Below, one piece after another: positions 40,724 through 49,647 of a stretch of 64,000 bases of DNA. Position 1 is the stretch's first letter. Every line of letters begins with the position of its first letter. Source of the stretch: an uncultured Spirochaetota bacterium (lineage in GTDB: Bacteria; Spirochaetota; Spirochaetia; SZUA-6; Fen-1364). The stretch covers positions 448,001 through 512,000 of the forward strand of contig CAVTHO010000005.1 in the NCBI GenBank assembly GCA_963734545.1. The letters run 5' to 3'. The notes beneath the pieces were generated by a model. That model made no database searches. It was given only the letters and a program-made list of their open reading frames with translations, and was not told the DNA's origin. The translations under genes and the position numbers were made by a program.

Positions 40724-41677
40724 TCCGGCCCCGAACCCGAAGGTGAGGAGGAGGTCACCTTTTTTCAACATGTTCTTTGAGCACATTTCAGACAGGGCGA
40801 TGGGGATGGACGCGGCAGAGGTGTTCGCATACTCCTCGATATTCATGAAGAATTTTTCCATGGGAATCTTTGAACGTTTCGCCGCTGCTTCAATAATTCT
40901 CACGTTTGCCTGATGGGGCACGATCCACGCGATGTCTTTGGCGCAGATATGGTTGCTCTCCATCATTTCCACGATGCCTTCGGAAACCACTTTGACGGCG
41001 AAGTTGTACACCTTTCTGCCGTCCATCTGAAGGAAGTTGTTCAGGTGATCGGTCTTGCCTTCACCGTAGGGAGTACGGGTGCCGCCTATGGGATGCGTGA
41101 GCAGCGCTGAACCCGACCCATCGGCCCGCAGCACTGACCGGATGATTCCACGCTCCCCCGGTGATGCATCAGCCGTGACCAGCGCCGCGCCTGCCCCATC
41201 GCCGAACAGAACACAGGTATTCCTGTCCTGCCAGTTGACGATCCTGCTGAGGACGTCTGCGCCCGCGACCAGAACCTTTTTCGCGCCGCCCGAGACCACG
41301 AAACCACGGGCTGTCTCCAGCGCATAGATGAAGCCGGTGCAGCCTGCGACGAGGTCCATTGCACCCGCATTTTTCGCTCCGAGCCTGTCTTGCACAATGC
41401 AGGAAACTGACGGAAACCCTATGAAATCCGGCGTTGCCGTTGCCACGAGGACGAGATCTATGTCCTCGGCTGCCGTGGCCGTTTTCTCCAAAACCTTACG
41501 GCAGGCTTCATACGCAAGGTCGGAGGAGGCAACCGAGGGGTCCGCGATGTGCCGGTAGCCGATTCCCGTGTGTGAACGGATCCACTCGTCGGAGGTATCC
41601 AGGGAGGCCGGGAACTCGTCGTTGCCCATTCTCTTGCCCGGTACCGAGAAATCAACCGCATCGATCACTGCTCGCAT
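40691..41677 (-). CDS. fabH: Beta-ketoacyl-ACP synthase III
   Basis: DTSDEWIRSHTGI, AGCTGF, LFGDGAGA, PHQANVRII, NTSAASIP, GFGAGLT. Confidence 0.95.
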   Translation of the reverse strand: MRAVIDAVDFSVPGKRMGNDEFPASLDTSDEWIRSHTGIGYRHIADPSVASSDLAYEACRKVLEKTATAAEDIDLVLVATATPDFIGFPSVSCIVQDRLGAKNAGAMDLVAGCTGFIYALETARGFVVSGGAKKVLVAGADVLSRIVNWQDRNTCVLFGDGAGAALVTADASPGERGIIRSVLRADGSGSALLTHPIGGTRTPYGEGKTDHLNNFLQMDGRKVYNFAVKVVSEGIVEMMESNHICAKDIAWIVPHQANVRIIEAAAKRSKIPMEKFFMNIEEYANTSAASIPIALSEMCSKNMLKKGDLLLTFGFGAGLTYGGNLIRW

Positions 41678-41840
41678 GGCAAGCATACTAATGCGATCAA
41701 AATGGATGGTCAACAGGCCTCGCGGGAGGGTGGAATACGAATATTTTAGTCATGTTTTCAGATATCTAATCAATATATACAATTATAACAAACCGTCCGC
41801 CCTTGACCACGATTTGCTGCCCGTGGTATTTTGGGCCAAC

Positions 41841-42782
41841 ATGAAAACCTGCTTTCTTTTCCCCGGACAGGGCGCCCAATATCCCGGCATGGCGAAAGAT
41901 CTCTGGGAGGAAAGTCATAAAGTCAAGGAACTGTTCAAGAAGGCCACGCAAGCATCTGGAATGGACGCAGAAAAGCTCCTTTTCGAGTCCTCCGAGGACG
42001 AGTTGAAAGCTACCGACAAAACGCAGATAGCTATTACCCTCGCCAGCCTATGCTCGAGTGCTTTCCTCAAAGAGAAAGGAATACTTCCGCTGGGATGCGC
42101 GGGTTTCAGCCTTGGCGAGTACGCGGCCCTGTGCGAGGCGGGTGTCATTCGGCTGGAGGATGTATTTCCAGTCGTGAAAATCCGAGGCGCCCTGATGGAA
42201 AAGGCAGCGCGATCCCTCGATTCCCAGACAGGCGAGCCGGGAATGGCGGCGGTTCTGGGCATCTCCGCCGAGAAAGTGGCGGCCACCGTGGAAGGTCTTG
42301 CCGGTTTGTCAGTCTACCTCTCCAACCATAACAGTCCGACCCAGGTGGTCGTGTCGGGGACCGCGGCAGGCCTGGAGAAGGCGGAAGAGGCTTTACGGGC
42401 CGCGGGCGCGAGGCGTTTTGTCCGGCTGCCTGTTTCTGGCCCTTTTCACTCGCCGCTCATGTCCGACGCGCGCAGGGAGTTCGATGAAGCTCTCGCTGCA
42501 TTCGCGTTTTCCGATCCCTCGATACCCGTCTATTCGAACGTGACAGGCAAGGCGATTCGCGCGGGATCGGAGGCGAAGGAACTCTGCGGCGCTCAGCTCG
42601 TCTCCACGGTGCGCTGGGTGGCGGTGGAGGAAGCCTTGTTCGCCGATGGCTTCGACCGGTTCCTGGAGGCCGGGCCCGGCACCGTGCTGACGGGCCTGAT
42701 GCGCGCCCTGCGTGCCGATGCACGCTGTGAGCAGGCGGGAACGCTTGTGAGCATCTCGAAAGCGGCGGAGACCACGAAGTGA
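41841..42782 (+). CDS. fabD: Malonyl-CoA:ACP transacylase
   Basis: FPGQGAQ, AGFSLGEY, LPVSGPFHS, VRW, EAGPG. Confidence 0.95.
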   Translation: MKTCFLFPGQGAQYPGMAKDLWEESHKVKELFKKATQASGMDAEKLLFESSEDELKATDKTQIAITLASLCSSAFLKEKGILPLGCAGFSLGEYAALCEAGVIRLEDVFPVVKIRGALMEKAARSLDSQTGEPGMAAVLGISAEKVAATVEGLAGLSVYLSNHNSPTQVVVSGTAAGLEKAEEALRAAGARRFVRLPVSGPFHSPLMSDARREFDEALAAFAFSDPSIPVYSNVTGKAIRAGSEAKELCGAQLVSTVRWVAVEEALFADGFDRFLEAGPGTVLTGLMRALRADARCEQAGTLVSISKAAETTK

Positions 42783-42970
42783 CACTGATTGAAACAGATA
42801 TGACGAAAGCACTCGCGGAAAAGGGGCGTGACGCGCTTCTTTCGCAGATTCCCCTCGGACGCACGGGAACAGCCGCGGACGTGGCCGCCCTTGCCGTCTT
42901 CCTCGCCTCGGATGCGTCGGCCTCCATCACAGGCCAGGTCATCCAGGCCGATGCCGGGCTTTCGATGTGA
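42779..42970 (+). pseudogene. fabG: 3' remnant of 3-oxoacyl-ACP reductase
   Basis: IETDMT...IPLGR.G...VAALAVFLAS...ITGQVIQADAGLSM is the last ~60 aa of FabG; the Rossmann and YxxxK regions are absent. Confidence 0.8.
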
Positions 42971-42984
42971 TGCAAGGAGATTAC

Positions 42985-44226
42985 ATGGCGCGAAGAGTCG
43001 TTGTGACAGGCATGGGGACCGTGAACCCGCTCGGCAACAATGTGAAGGACTCCTGGAAGGCGATCAAAGCCGGGGAAAATGGTATCGGCATGATCGATCG
43101 TTTTGACATGAAGATGTTCGACTCGAAGATCGGCGGTCAGGTGAAGAACTTCGTCCCGGAGAACATCCTCGAGACCAAGGAAGCCCGGCGCATGGACAGG
43201 TTCACGCAGTTCGCAATGGTGTCCGCGCTCGAGGCCATGGCGCAGGCGGGACTCAAACCGGGAGACGCAGACCCTGAGCGATTCGGCGTCATCCTGGGCA
43301 ACGGGATCGGGGGAATCGAAACCCTCGAGGCAGCTTTCGGCAAGATTGCCCAGAAGGGGCCGCAGGGACTCCATCCCCTTACTATTCCCATGATGATCGC
43401 GAACGAGGCGCCCGCCAACATTGCCATCAAGCTGCAGGCGTACGGCCCGTGTTTCTGCGTGGTGACCGCCTGCGCCTCCTCCAACGACGCCATAGGCGAC
43501 GCCTGGCGCTTCATCCGTGACGGCACCGCCGACGTGATGATTGCGGGAGGCACGGAAGCGCCCCTCACGCCCCTCGGGTTGGCGGGATTCATCAAGCTGC
43601 AGGCGGCGAGCACGAGAAACGACGACCCGGCGCACGCGAGCAGGCCTTTTGACAAGGACAGGGACGGATTCGTCATGGCGGAGGGCGCGGGCCTGCTCCT
43701 GCTGGAGGAGCTCGAGCACGCCAGGAAGAGGGGCGCTCACATCATCGCCGAGATGGCCGGCTACTCGGCCACCTGCGACGCGAACCACCTCACGGCGCCC
43801 CACCCCCAGGGACGGGGAGCCATCAAGGCTATCTGCCAGGCAATCGCTTCGGCCGGGCTTGCGCCGAGCGACATCGATTATGTCAATGCGCACGGGACAT
43901 CCACCCCGATAAACGACCCGATCGAGACAAAGGCCATCAAGGCGGTGTTCGGCGAGCATGCAAAGAAGCTGAAGGTCTCCTCTTCCAAGTCCATGACAGG
44001 GCACCTGCTCGGCGCGGCAGGCGGCATAGAGGCAATCGTCTCGATCATGGCAATCACGGACCAGTTCTTCCCGCCCACGCGGAACCTCGACACGCCCGAC
44101 CCGGAGTGCGACCTGGACTATGTGCCGCACAAGGGCTATTCAGGCAGGATCCGGGCGGCAATCTCCAATGCGCTGGGCTTTGGCGGGCACAACTCGATCG
44201 TGGTGTTCAAGGAGTTCACGACATAG
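42985..44226 (+). CDS. fabF: Beta-ketoacyl-ACP synthase II
   Basis: RRVVVTGMG, TACASS, SRPFDKDRDGFV, NAHGTST, KSMTGHLLGAAG, GFGGHN. Confidence 0.96.
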   Translation: MARRVVVTGMGTVNPLGNNVKDSWKAIKAGENGIGMIDRFDMKMFDSKIGGQVKNFVPENILETKEARRMDRFTQFAMVSALEAMAQAGLKPGDADPERFGVILGNGIGGIETLEAAFGKIAQKGPQGLHPLTIPMMIANEAPANIAIKLQAYGPCFCVVTACASSNDAIGDAWRFIRDGTADVMIAGGTEAPLTPLGLAGFIKLQAASTRNDDPAHASRPFDKDRDGFVMAEGAGLLLLEELEHARKRGAHIIAEMAGYSATCDANHLTAPHPQGRGAIKAICQAIASAGLAPSDIDYVNAHGTSTPINDPIETKAIKAVFGEHAKKLKVSSSKSMTGHLLGAAGGIEAIVSIMAITDQFFPPTRNLDTPDPECDLDYVPHKGYSGRIRAAISNALGFGGHNSIVVFKEFTT

Positions 44227-44230
44227 CGCG

Positions 44231-44307
44231 GTCACCGTACCCGTGACATTTATCGCGCCACCGCCCGTGGATTATCGCGCCACGGTACCCCGTGGATTAT
44301 CGCGCCA
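44231..44307. repeat. Three copies of TTATCGCGCCA interleaved with TAC-loop hairpins
   Basis: Copies at 44250, 44272 and 44297 (the last includes the ptb stop); hairpins CCACGG-TACC-CCGTGG and GTCAC-CGTACCC-GTGAC. Confidence 0.8.
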
Positions 44308-45191
44308 GCGCTCCGAGCGCGAGCGAGTACAGTTTGTTGCGCACAGAGTCGCTGCGGGACGCCAGCACGATGGGCACCCGCGCGCCCATGACGATGCCCG
44401 CCTCTTCCGCCTTGGCGAAAAAAATGAGGGCCTTATAGAGGATGTTGGCTGCCTCGATGTTCGGGGCGACCAGGATGTCCGCCCTGCCCGCCAGCTCGCT
44501 CGTAATGCCCTTGTGACGGGCCGCCTCCACGCTCACCGCGTTGTCCAGGGCAAGAGGGCCTTCCACGCGCGCGCCCTTGATCGCTCCCCTCTCCGCCATT
44601 TTTGCCACGCATGCCGCATCCACAGTGGCCGGCATGTCCGGGTTCACTGTCTCGATTGCGCAGAGGATCGCCACGACGGGCTGCGGAAGACCGAGCTTGT
44701 GGGCGAGGTCCACCGCGTTCTGCACGATGTCGAGCTTCTGCTGGTAGTCAGGGGCGATCGTGAGGGCGGCGTCGGTGACGAAGTAGAAGCGCTCCGACTT
44801 CCTCGAACTTGAACACACCGACGTGCGACAGCGTGCGCCCCATGGTGAGGCCGTTTGCCTTGGAGAGCACGGCGCGCAGAAGATCGGCGCTCGGCAGCAG
44901 CCCCTTTACCAGGATGTCTCCCTTGCCATCGGCCACGACTTTGACCGCGACGGTTGCAGCCTCTCCATTTGTGCCCGCGTCGATGAGCTCGCAGCCCTGC
45001 AGGGAAAGGGACCTCTCACGCGCGGACCGCTCGATCTCCGCTTGCGGACCCACGAGAACGGGCCGGGCGAACCCGGCATCTCGCGCTCCCGTCAATGCCT
45101 CCAGGATGGTCGAATCCGCCGCCTGGGCGACGACGAATCGGGCTGGTCCCGCGGCGCGCGCCGCTTCGATGATCTGCGCAAAGGTGTTCAT
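44297..45191 (-). CDS. ptb: Phosphate butyryl/acetyltransferase, frameshift near 44800
   Basis: LVKGL, LSHV, TDAAL.IAP, EGPLALDNA, AGRADILVAPNIEAANILYK, PIVLASRSD. Confidence 0.88.
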
Positions 45192-45497
45192 GACGACCCC
45201 CCGGTGCAAGTATATCACGGAGGAAAGACGTAGCGCCTCACGACACGGCACGTCTCGGGAAATGCGCGCGCGTGATCAATGTGCGCTACCGTACAGAATG
45301 ACATCGGCTTTTCTGTTTTCATATTCTTCAGAGGGCGCATGAGTGACACGAAAGGACCGCAGGGAGCGCCATTCGGCCGGCACGCGGCTGCGCCCGTTGT
45401 CGGTTCTTTCTCATGATTTCCAAGGGGCTGAACGGAGGCAATCCCGAGACAGGAAAAAGGTTGTATCGCATGACATGGGCGAGGAGAAGATGTGGGA

Positions 45498-45710
45498 ATG
45501 AAAAGAGTGTGTGCGTGGTGCCAGAGGCCGCTGAATAACGAACCTGACAGGGGCACTCCGGTGAGTCATGGAATTTGCGATCCCTGCTTCGAGAATGTTG
45601 TGCTGAAAATAACAGTGCTCAGCAGTCTGCGCAGCGCCATTCAATCTCCGGTCGAGGCGGACGGGAAGGGCAATTTCGGCAGGCAGCCCCGCAGTCCCCG
45701 CTTTCAGTAG
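45498..45710 (+). CDS. Small Cys/His-motif hypothetical protein
   Basis: MKRVCAWC...SHGICDPC, a probable Zn-binding motif; purine-rich upstream region. Confidence 0.55.
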   Translation: MKRVCAWCQRPLNNEPDRGTPVSHGICDPCFENVVLKITVLSSLRSAIQSPVEADGKGNFGRQPRSPRFQ

Positions 45711-45766
45711 AAGGGCATTGGAACGCGGTATACGGCTCCGCTCGACATCAGCCCTATTGTCAGCTT

Positions 45767-46528
45767 TCAACGCTTGGGACGGATGTGGGGGTCGAATGGC
45801 TCACCCCGCCCCGCGTCGGGGAGCAGGCGTCGGAACTCCTGTCTGACGACTTCATAGCATTCACACACCCGCTTCTCCAGGCCCGGTCTATCCAGGACCG
45901 TGATCCGGCCACGGCTGTAGTGAATCAATCCATCATTTTGCAGTTTGCCTGCTGCCTCGGTCACGCCCTCCCGCCGCACCCCCAGCATGTTGGCGATCAG
46001 CTCCTGGGTCATGCTCAATTCATTGGCCGGCAGGCGGTCCAGACTGAGCAGCAGCCAGCGGCAAAGCTGCTTGTCCACTGAGTGGTGCCGATTGCAGACA
46101 GCTGTCTGCGCCATCTGGGTCAGCATGGCAAGCGTGTAGCGAAGCAGCAGATGCTGCAGCGCTCCGGCGCGGTTGAATTCCTCCTTGAGCAGCTGTCCCC
46201 TCAACCGATAGGCATTGCCCGCACTCTGCACCACGGCTCGATTCGGCATCGTATCGCCACCCATGAACAGCGCAATGCCGACAATGCCTTCGTAGCCAAC
46301 CACGGCAATTTCTGCGGAGGAGCCGTTTTCAAGCTCGTACAGCAGGGACACGATGGCGGTAGTGGGGAAATAGACGTGATTCAAGGTGTCCCCCGACTCG
46401 TAAAGCGCTTCACCGAGCGGCAGGGGAACCAGCTCAAGATGGGGAAACAAACGCTCGGATTCCGTTTTCGGAAGAGCGGCCAGCAGATGGTTGTGCTGCG
46501 GCTTCGGGGGGCTGGGCACAGCAGACAT
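45767..46528 (-). CDS. Crp/Fnr-family transcriptional regulator
   Basis: NHLLAALP, VYFPTTAIVS, EGIVG, QTAVCNRHH, LCRWLL, TQELIANMLGVRREGVT HTH, CECY. Confidence 0.92.
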   Translation of the reverse strand: MSAVPSPPKPQHNHLLAALPKTESERLFPHLELVPLPLGEALYESGDTLNHVYFPTTAIVSLLYELENGSSAEIAVVGYEGIVGIALFMGGDTMPNRAVVQSAGNAYRLRGQLLKEEFNRAGALQHLLLRYTLAMLTQMAQTAVCNRHHSVDKQLCRWLLLSLDRLPANELSMTQELIANMLGVRREGVTEAAGKLQNDGLIHYSRGRITVLDRPGLEKRVCECYEVVRQEFRRLLPDAGRGEPFDPHIRPKR

Positions 46529-46898
46529 GATCAGCCTCCAGTATTTTTTATACGATTGAATTAACAGAAATTTATTGCCATCAATAATAACCTGTCAAGG
46601 CATCCATTTGCCCTGCGAATCTAGACTCGACTCAGCTCGAATGGGAATTCCCGCGGAAACCACCGGTACGTGCGCTACCGCACGGAAATGTGCCGGATTC
46701 CATGCCAACTTACTGTCGGTAAGGATTCAAGAGTACAGTACCCAAGTAGGAATGCGGGTGACGGCGATGAGCGATAGTCCCTCCCTCAGCGCCCAACCCG
46801 CACCATTGGCTGACGAAAGAGCGGAATGCGGTCATCCCTCAAAAGCAATCCTGAAGCCTCCCGCCGAACCACACGTGGACAGGTCGGGGAGTCGCAGG

Positions 46899-48311
46899 TT
46901 ACCGCCGGAGCACCGAGCTCTCCCGTTCCATCGTGCCGTGTGCAATGATCTCCCGGATCTTGTAGGTCCCGTACTTGCGTGCCTTGAGAAACCCGTCCCA
47001 CGCGGCGTCCGCCAGACGCCCGCCTTCCAGGAGATGGAACAGCCACTGGTCCGTGTAGTGGGGATCCCCCTGGGGATAGCCTGCCTGGATTTCCACGAGC
47101 CAGTTCTGGTTGAAGAGCTCCTGGCTGCCAATGGGCGGTGCCATGATGATGGGGATGCCGAGGCCGCAATAGAAGGAGAGCTCACTGGGCTTGGTCCAGA
47201 GTACGTCCGTTGTCCGCATGCAAGTGGCGAATGAATGGAAGTATTCCTCCAGGCCGACCCCGAAGACGACGCCAATCTGGGGCAAGGCGAGCTCCTTCTT
47301 CAGCTGGTCGACGAACCGCGCCACCTCGGGCCTGATCCCTGCCAGGATCGTCAGCTGCACCTCGCCTTTCACGATCCGTTGCCGCAGGCTGTGCGCCATT
47401 GCATGGGCAATGTCCGTCTGCGCGCCGGCGCCGCCGATGGCAAAGGTGATGTGGAGGGCCTTGTCACGGGGCGGCCGGCAATTGGCGGCGCCCAGGTAGT
47501 GCTCGGCCTCGTGCCGATGCAGGGGCCAGAATCGTTTGCCCAGGTCCAGGCGGTGCAGGCGCTGTCCCATGTCGTGCCTGAGGACGGAGAGCGTATGATC
47601 GCCGAGGGCCTCGATCGGCAGGGGAAAGCCGGTTACCCAGATGCGTTCGTCCGGCACCCCGTACTGTTTCAGCCGGCCCACCGTCCGTCCCGAGGGCACG
47701 AAGTAGACGATGCGGCTCTTTTTAGGGTTTTCCGCAACCCACGCACGGTTGACCTCCACGTCGCAGATGACACAGTAGATCCGTGAATATCCCGCCATGT
47801 CCGCGGCGATTGCCGGCGCGTAGAATGACGTCACCAGCGGCAGGGGCGCGGCGCCGATTGCCTCGAGCATCCCGCGGCACATGCCCTTGGCGATCAGGCC
47901 CTTCAGCCATGCCACCTGGAAGGAGGGACTGGACATGTCCCGTATCGGGTAGAAAGCGGGAATGTACTGCAGCCGATCCAGCAGCCCGAAGATCGTGTTG
48001 CCGATGATCGGCCAGCTCTTGGTGCGCGAGAGGAACTCGTAGCTCCTGCGCAGCCGCTGCCACTGCTTGTGCTCGGCAGGGTCCGTGTTGGACTCCCGGC
48101 CGAGAGTCATGATTCCGCCTTCCGCCATGTCCCGAAGGGGCCACGCGGCGCGCTGGTGACCGAGACCCATGTCGGCGGTCACCACCCATGCCCGCGGGAG
48201 ACCTCTTTTCGGGCGGCGTACCGCGCGCTTCTCGGGCTTCGATTTTCGACCACCGGCGCTTTTGTAGGGTGACGTTCTCATCGCCTTCCTTGTCATTTTC
48301 GGATCAGCCAC
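46899..48311 (-). CDS. Uncharacterised GT-B-fold glycosyltransferase-like protein (start uncertain)
   Basis: ADMGLGHQRAA, VTGFP, IGGAG and WTKPSELSFY...PIGSQE resemble GT28/MGDG-synthase-type motifs. Confidence 0.6.
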   Translation of the reverse strand: MADPKMTRKAMRTSPYKSAGGRKSKPEKRAVRRPKRGLPRAWVVTADMGLGHQRAAWPLRDMAEGGIMTLGRESNTDPAEHKQWQRLRRSYEFLSRTKSWPIIGNTIFGLLDRLQYIPAFYPIRDMSSPSFQVAWLKGLIAKGMCRGMLEAIGAAPLPLVTSFYAPAIAADMAGYSRIYCVICDVEVNRAWVAENPKKSRIVYFVPSGRTVGRLKQYGVPDERIWVTGFPLPIEALGDHTLSVLRHDMGQRLHRLDLGKRFWPLHRHEAEHYLGAANCRPPRDKALHITFAIGGAGAQTDIAHAMAHSLRQRIVKGEVQLTILAGIRPEVARFVDQLKKELALPQIGVVFGVGLEEYFHSFATCMRTTDVLWTKPSELSFYCGLGIPIIMAPPIGSQELFNQNWLVEIQAGYPQGDPHYTDQWLFHLLEGGRLADAAWDGFLKARKYGTYKIREIIAHGTMERESSVLRR

Positions 48312-48349
48312 ATGATCGCCGCCAGCCGTGAAATGAACTCCGTCCACTT

Positions 48350-48434
48350 TGCCGGCGGTCGGACTTGAACCGACACGGGCGTTGCCACCCACCAGATTTT
48401 GAGTCTGGCATGTCTGCCATTTCATCACGCCGGC
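48350..48434 (-). tRNA. tRNA-Leu(CAA)
   Basis: GCCGGCG acceptor stem, CCAGA-CTCAAAA-TCTGG anticodon arm, long variable arm, GGTTCAAGTCC T-arm; CCA not encoded. Confidence 0.95.
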
Positions 48435-48443
48435 GTTGCCGCG

Positions 48444-48473
48444 AGCATAACCATCGGGCCCTCATGCTGTCAA
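48444..48473 (-). promoter_or_regulatory. Sigma70 promoter of tRNA-Leu
   Basis: TTGACA-18-TATGCT. Confidence 0.6.
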
Positions 48474-48485
48474 CGAAGAACCCGC

Positions 48486-48598
48486 TCCGCCAACTCCGCC
48501 CAGTCCGCCAACTCCGCCCACTCCGCCAGGAGCGGAAGGGAGCGGAAGGGAGGAAGCGAGCACAAGGGAGCGGAAGGGCGCACAAGAGAGCGGAGCAG
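48486..48598. repeat. Degenerate 9-nt (TCCGCCMAS-like, x5) and 10-nt (AGCGGAAGGG-like) tandem repeats
   Basis: Read directly in the spacer between the divergent tRNA promoters. Confidence 0.7.
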
Positions 48599-48619
48599 AG
48601 TTGAGGAAAGCGACCGCGC

Positions 48620-48647
48620 TTGACATCGCGCTGTATTTCGGTACGGT
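48620..48647 (+). promoter_or_regulatory. Sigma70 promoter of tRNA(CAT)
   Basis: TTGACA-16-TACGGT ending 8 nt before the tRNA. Confidence 0.5.
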
Positions 48648-48655
48648 AGGGTCCG

Positions 48656-48729
48656 GGGCCCATAGCTCAGTTGGTTAGAGCGACGGACTCATAATCCGTT
48701 GGTCCAAGGTTCAAGTCCTTGTGGGCCCA
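48656..48729 (+). tRNA. tRNA with CAT anticodon, probably tRNA-Ile2 (lysidine); elongator Met not excluded
   Basis: GGGCCCA/TGGGCCC acceptor stem, TAGCTCAGTTGGTTAGAGC D-arm, ACGGA-CTCATAA-TCCGT, GGTTCAAGTCC; lacks initiator features. Confidence 0.92.
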
Positions 48730-48767
48730 GGTCGGGCCGCGTTCTTCGGCAGAGGTCTGAATATCCC

Positions 48768-49469
48768 CTACCATCGCATCGGCGAACCGGTGTGGTCCAC
48801 GAACACCGGTCCGTCCATGCGCCATTCCCTTACGGCGAGCGCGAGTATGGCGCGCGCGGACTCCTGCGTGTCGTACTTCGCATCCTCTCCGCCCATGCGG
48901 GTGCGCATCCAGCCCGGATGGACCGCAAGGACCTTGATTCCCTTATCTCGCAGGTAGTTCTGGAGGATCACGGATGCCATGTTGAGGGCCGCCTTGGACA
49001 TGCAGTACGCGTACCAGGCGTCACGCTGACAGTCGGCGATGCTTGCTGCCTCGGATGAGAGATTCACCACCATCGCGCGTTGTCCGGCAGGGAGCAGGGG
49101 AAGGAAATGCTTCAATACCCGCAGCGGTCCCAGGGCGTTCACGTCGAGCGTTTCCGCCGCGGCTTCGATGTCAATGCGCTCTATGGGATTGACGGCACTT
49201 TCCCGGTACAGGAGAGCGGCATTGTTGATGAGCAGATCGAGGCGATCGACCTGCCTGCTCACCGCTTCCGCCGCGGCCCTGACCGATTCTTCGCTGGAAA
49301 CGTCGATGACCGTCACATGCAGGGCGCCGTGGTGCTGCTCCTCGAGCAGCGCGAGCGGCTCTGAGGGGGAGCGCGTTCCGGCAAAAACGCGGTCACCTGC
49401 GTCGAGGCAGACCCTCACGAGGGAGAGGCCGAGGCCCCTGTTTGCTCCTGAGATGAAAATGCTTCTCAC
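48768..49469 (-). CDS. Short-chain dehydrogenase/reductase (CsgA-like)
   Basis: SGANRGLG, LINNAA, YAYCMSKAALN, HPGWMRT. Confidence 0.9.
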   Translation of the reverse strand: MRSIFISGANRGLGLSLVRVCLDAGDRVFAGTRSPSEPLALLEEQHHGALHVTVIDVSSEESVRAAAEAVSRQVDRLDLLINNAALLYRESAVNPIERIDIEAAAETLDVNALGPLRVLKHFLPLLPAGQRAMVVNLSSEAASIADCQRDAWYAYCMSKAALNMASVILQNYLRDKGIKVLAVHPGWMRTRMGGEDAKYDTQESARAILALAVREWRMDGPVFVDHTGSPMRW

Positions 49470-49530
49470 AATCTCCGCCTTCCCGCCTCCAGGAGGCTCG
49501 AGCCAGCAGTACGGTCCAGTTTCTGAAGAT

Positions 49531-49631
49531 CGTGTACGTTACCAGTCCTTTGCTCCATAAAGCGACGAAAGCACCCTGTATTTCGGCTTGACAAAGGGCA
49601 TTGCCAATTATAGCATTCGTGTACGTAAACG
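49531..49631 (+). promoter_or_regulatory. ara operon promoter with two AraR-like operators
   Basis: TTGACA(49588)-17-TAGCAT(49611); CGTGTACGTAAACG at 49618 and CGTGTACGTTACCA at 49531 resemble the TGTACGTACA core of the Bacillus AraR site. Confidence 0.6.
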
Positions 49632-49647
49632 GACAAGGGGGCACCAT

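Noticed and set aside
45339-45416. 25-codon ORF MSDTKGPQ...
   Set aside because: No motif or other support beyond a weak RBS.
48312-48428. N-terminal extension of ORF 46899-48428
   Set aside because: It runs through tRNA-Leu, so the real start must be downstream, near 48311.
48350-48770. Prophage or integrative element at the tRNAs
   Set aside because: No integrase and no duplicated tRNA 3' end were seen in the window.
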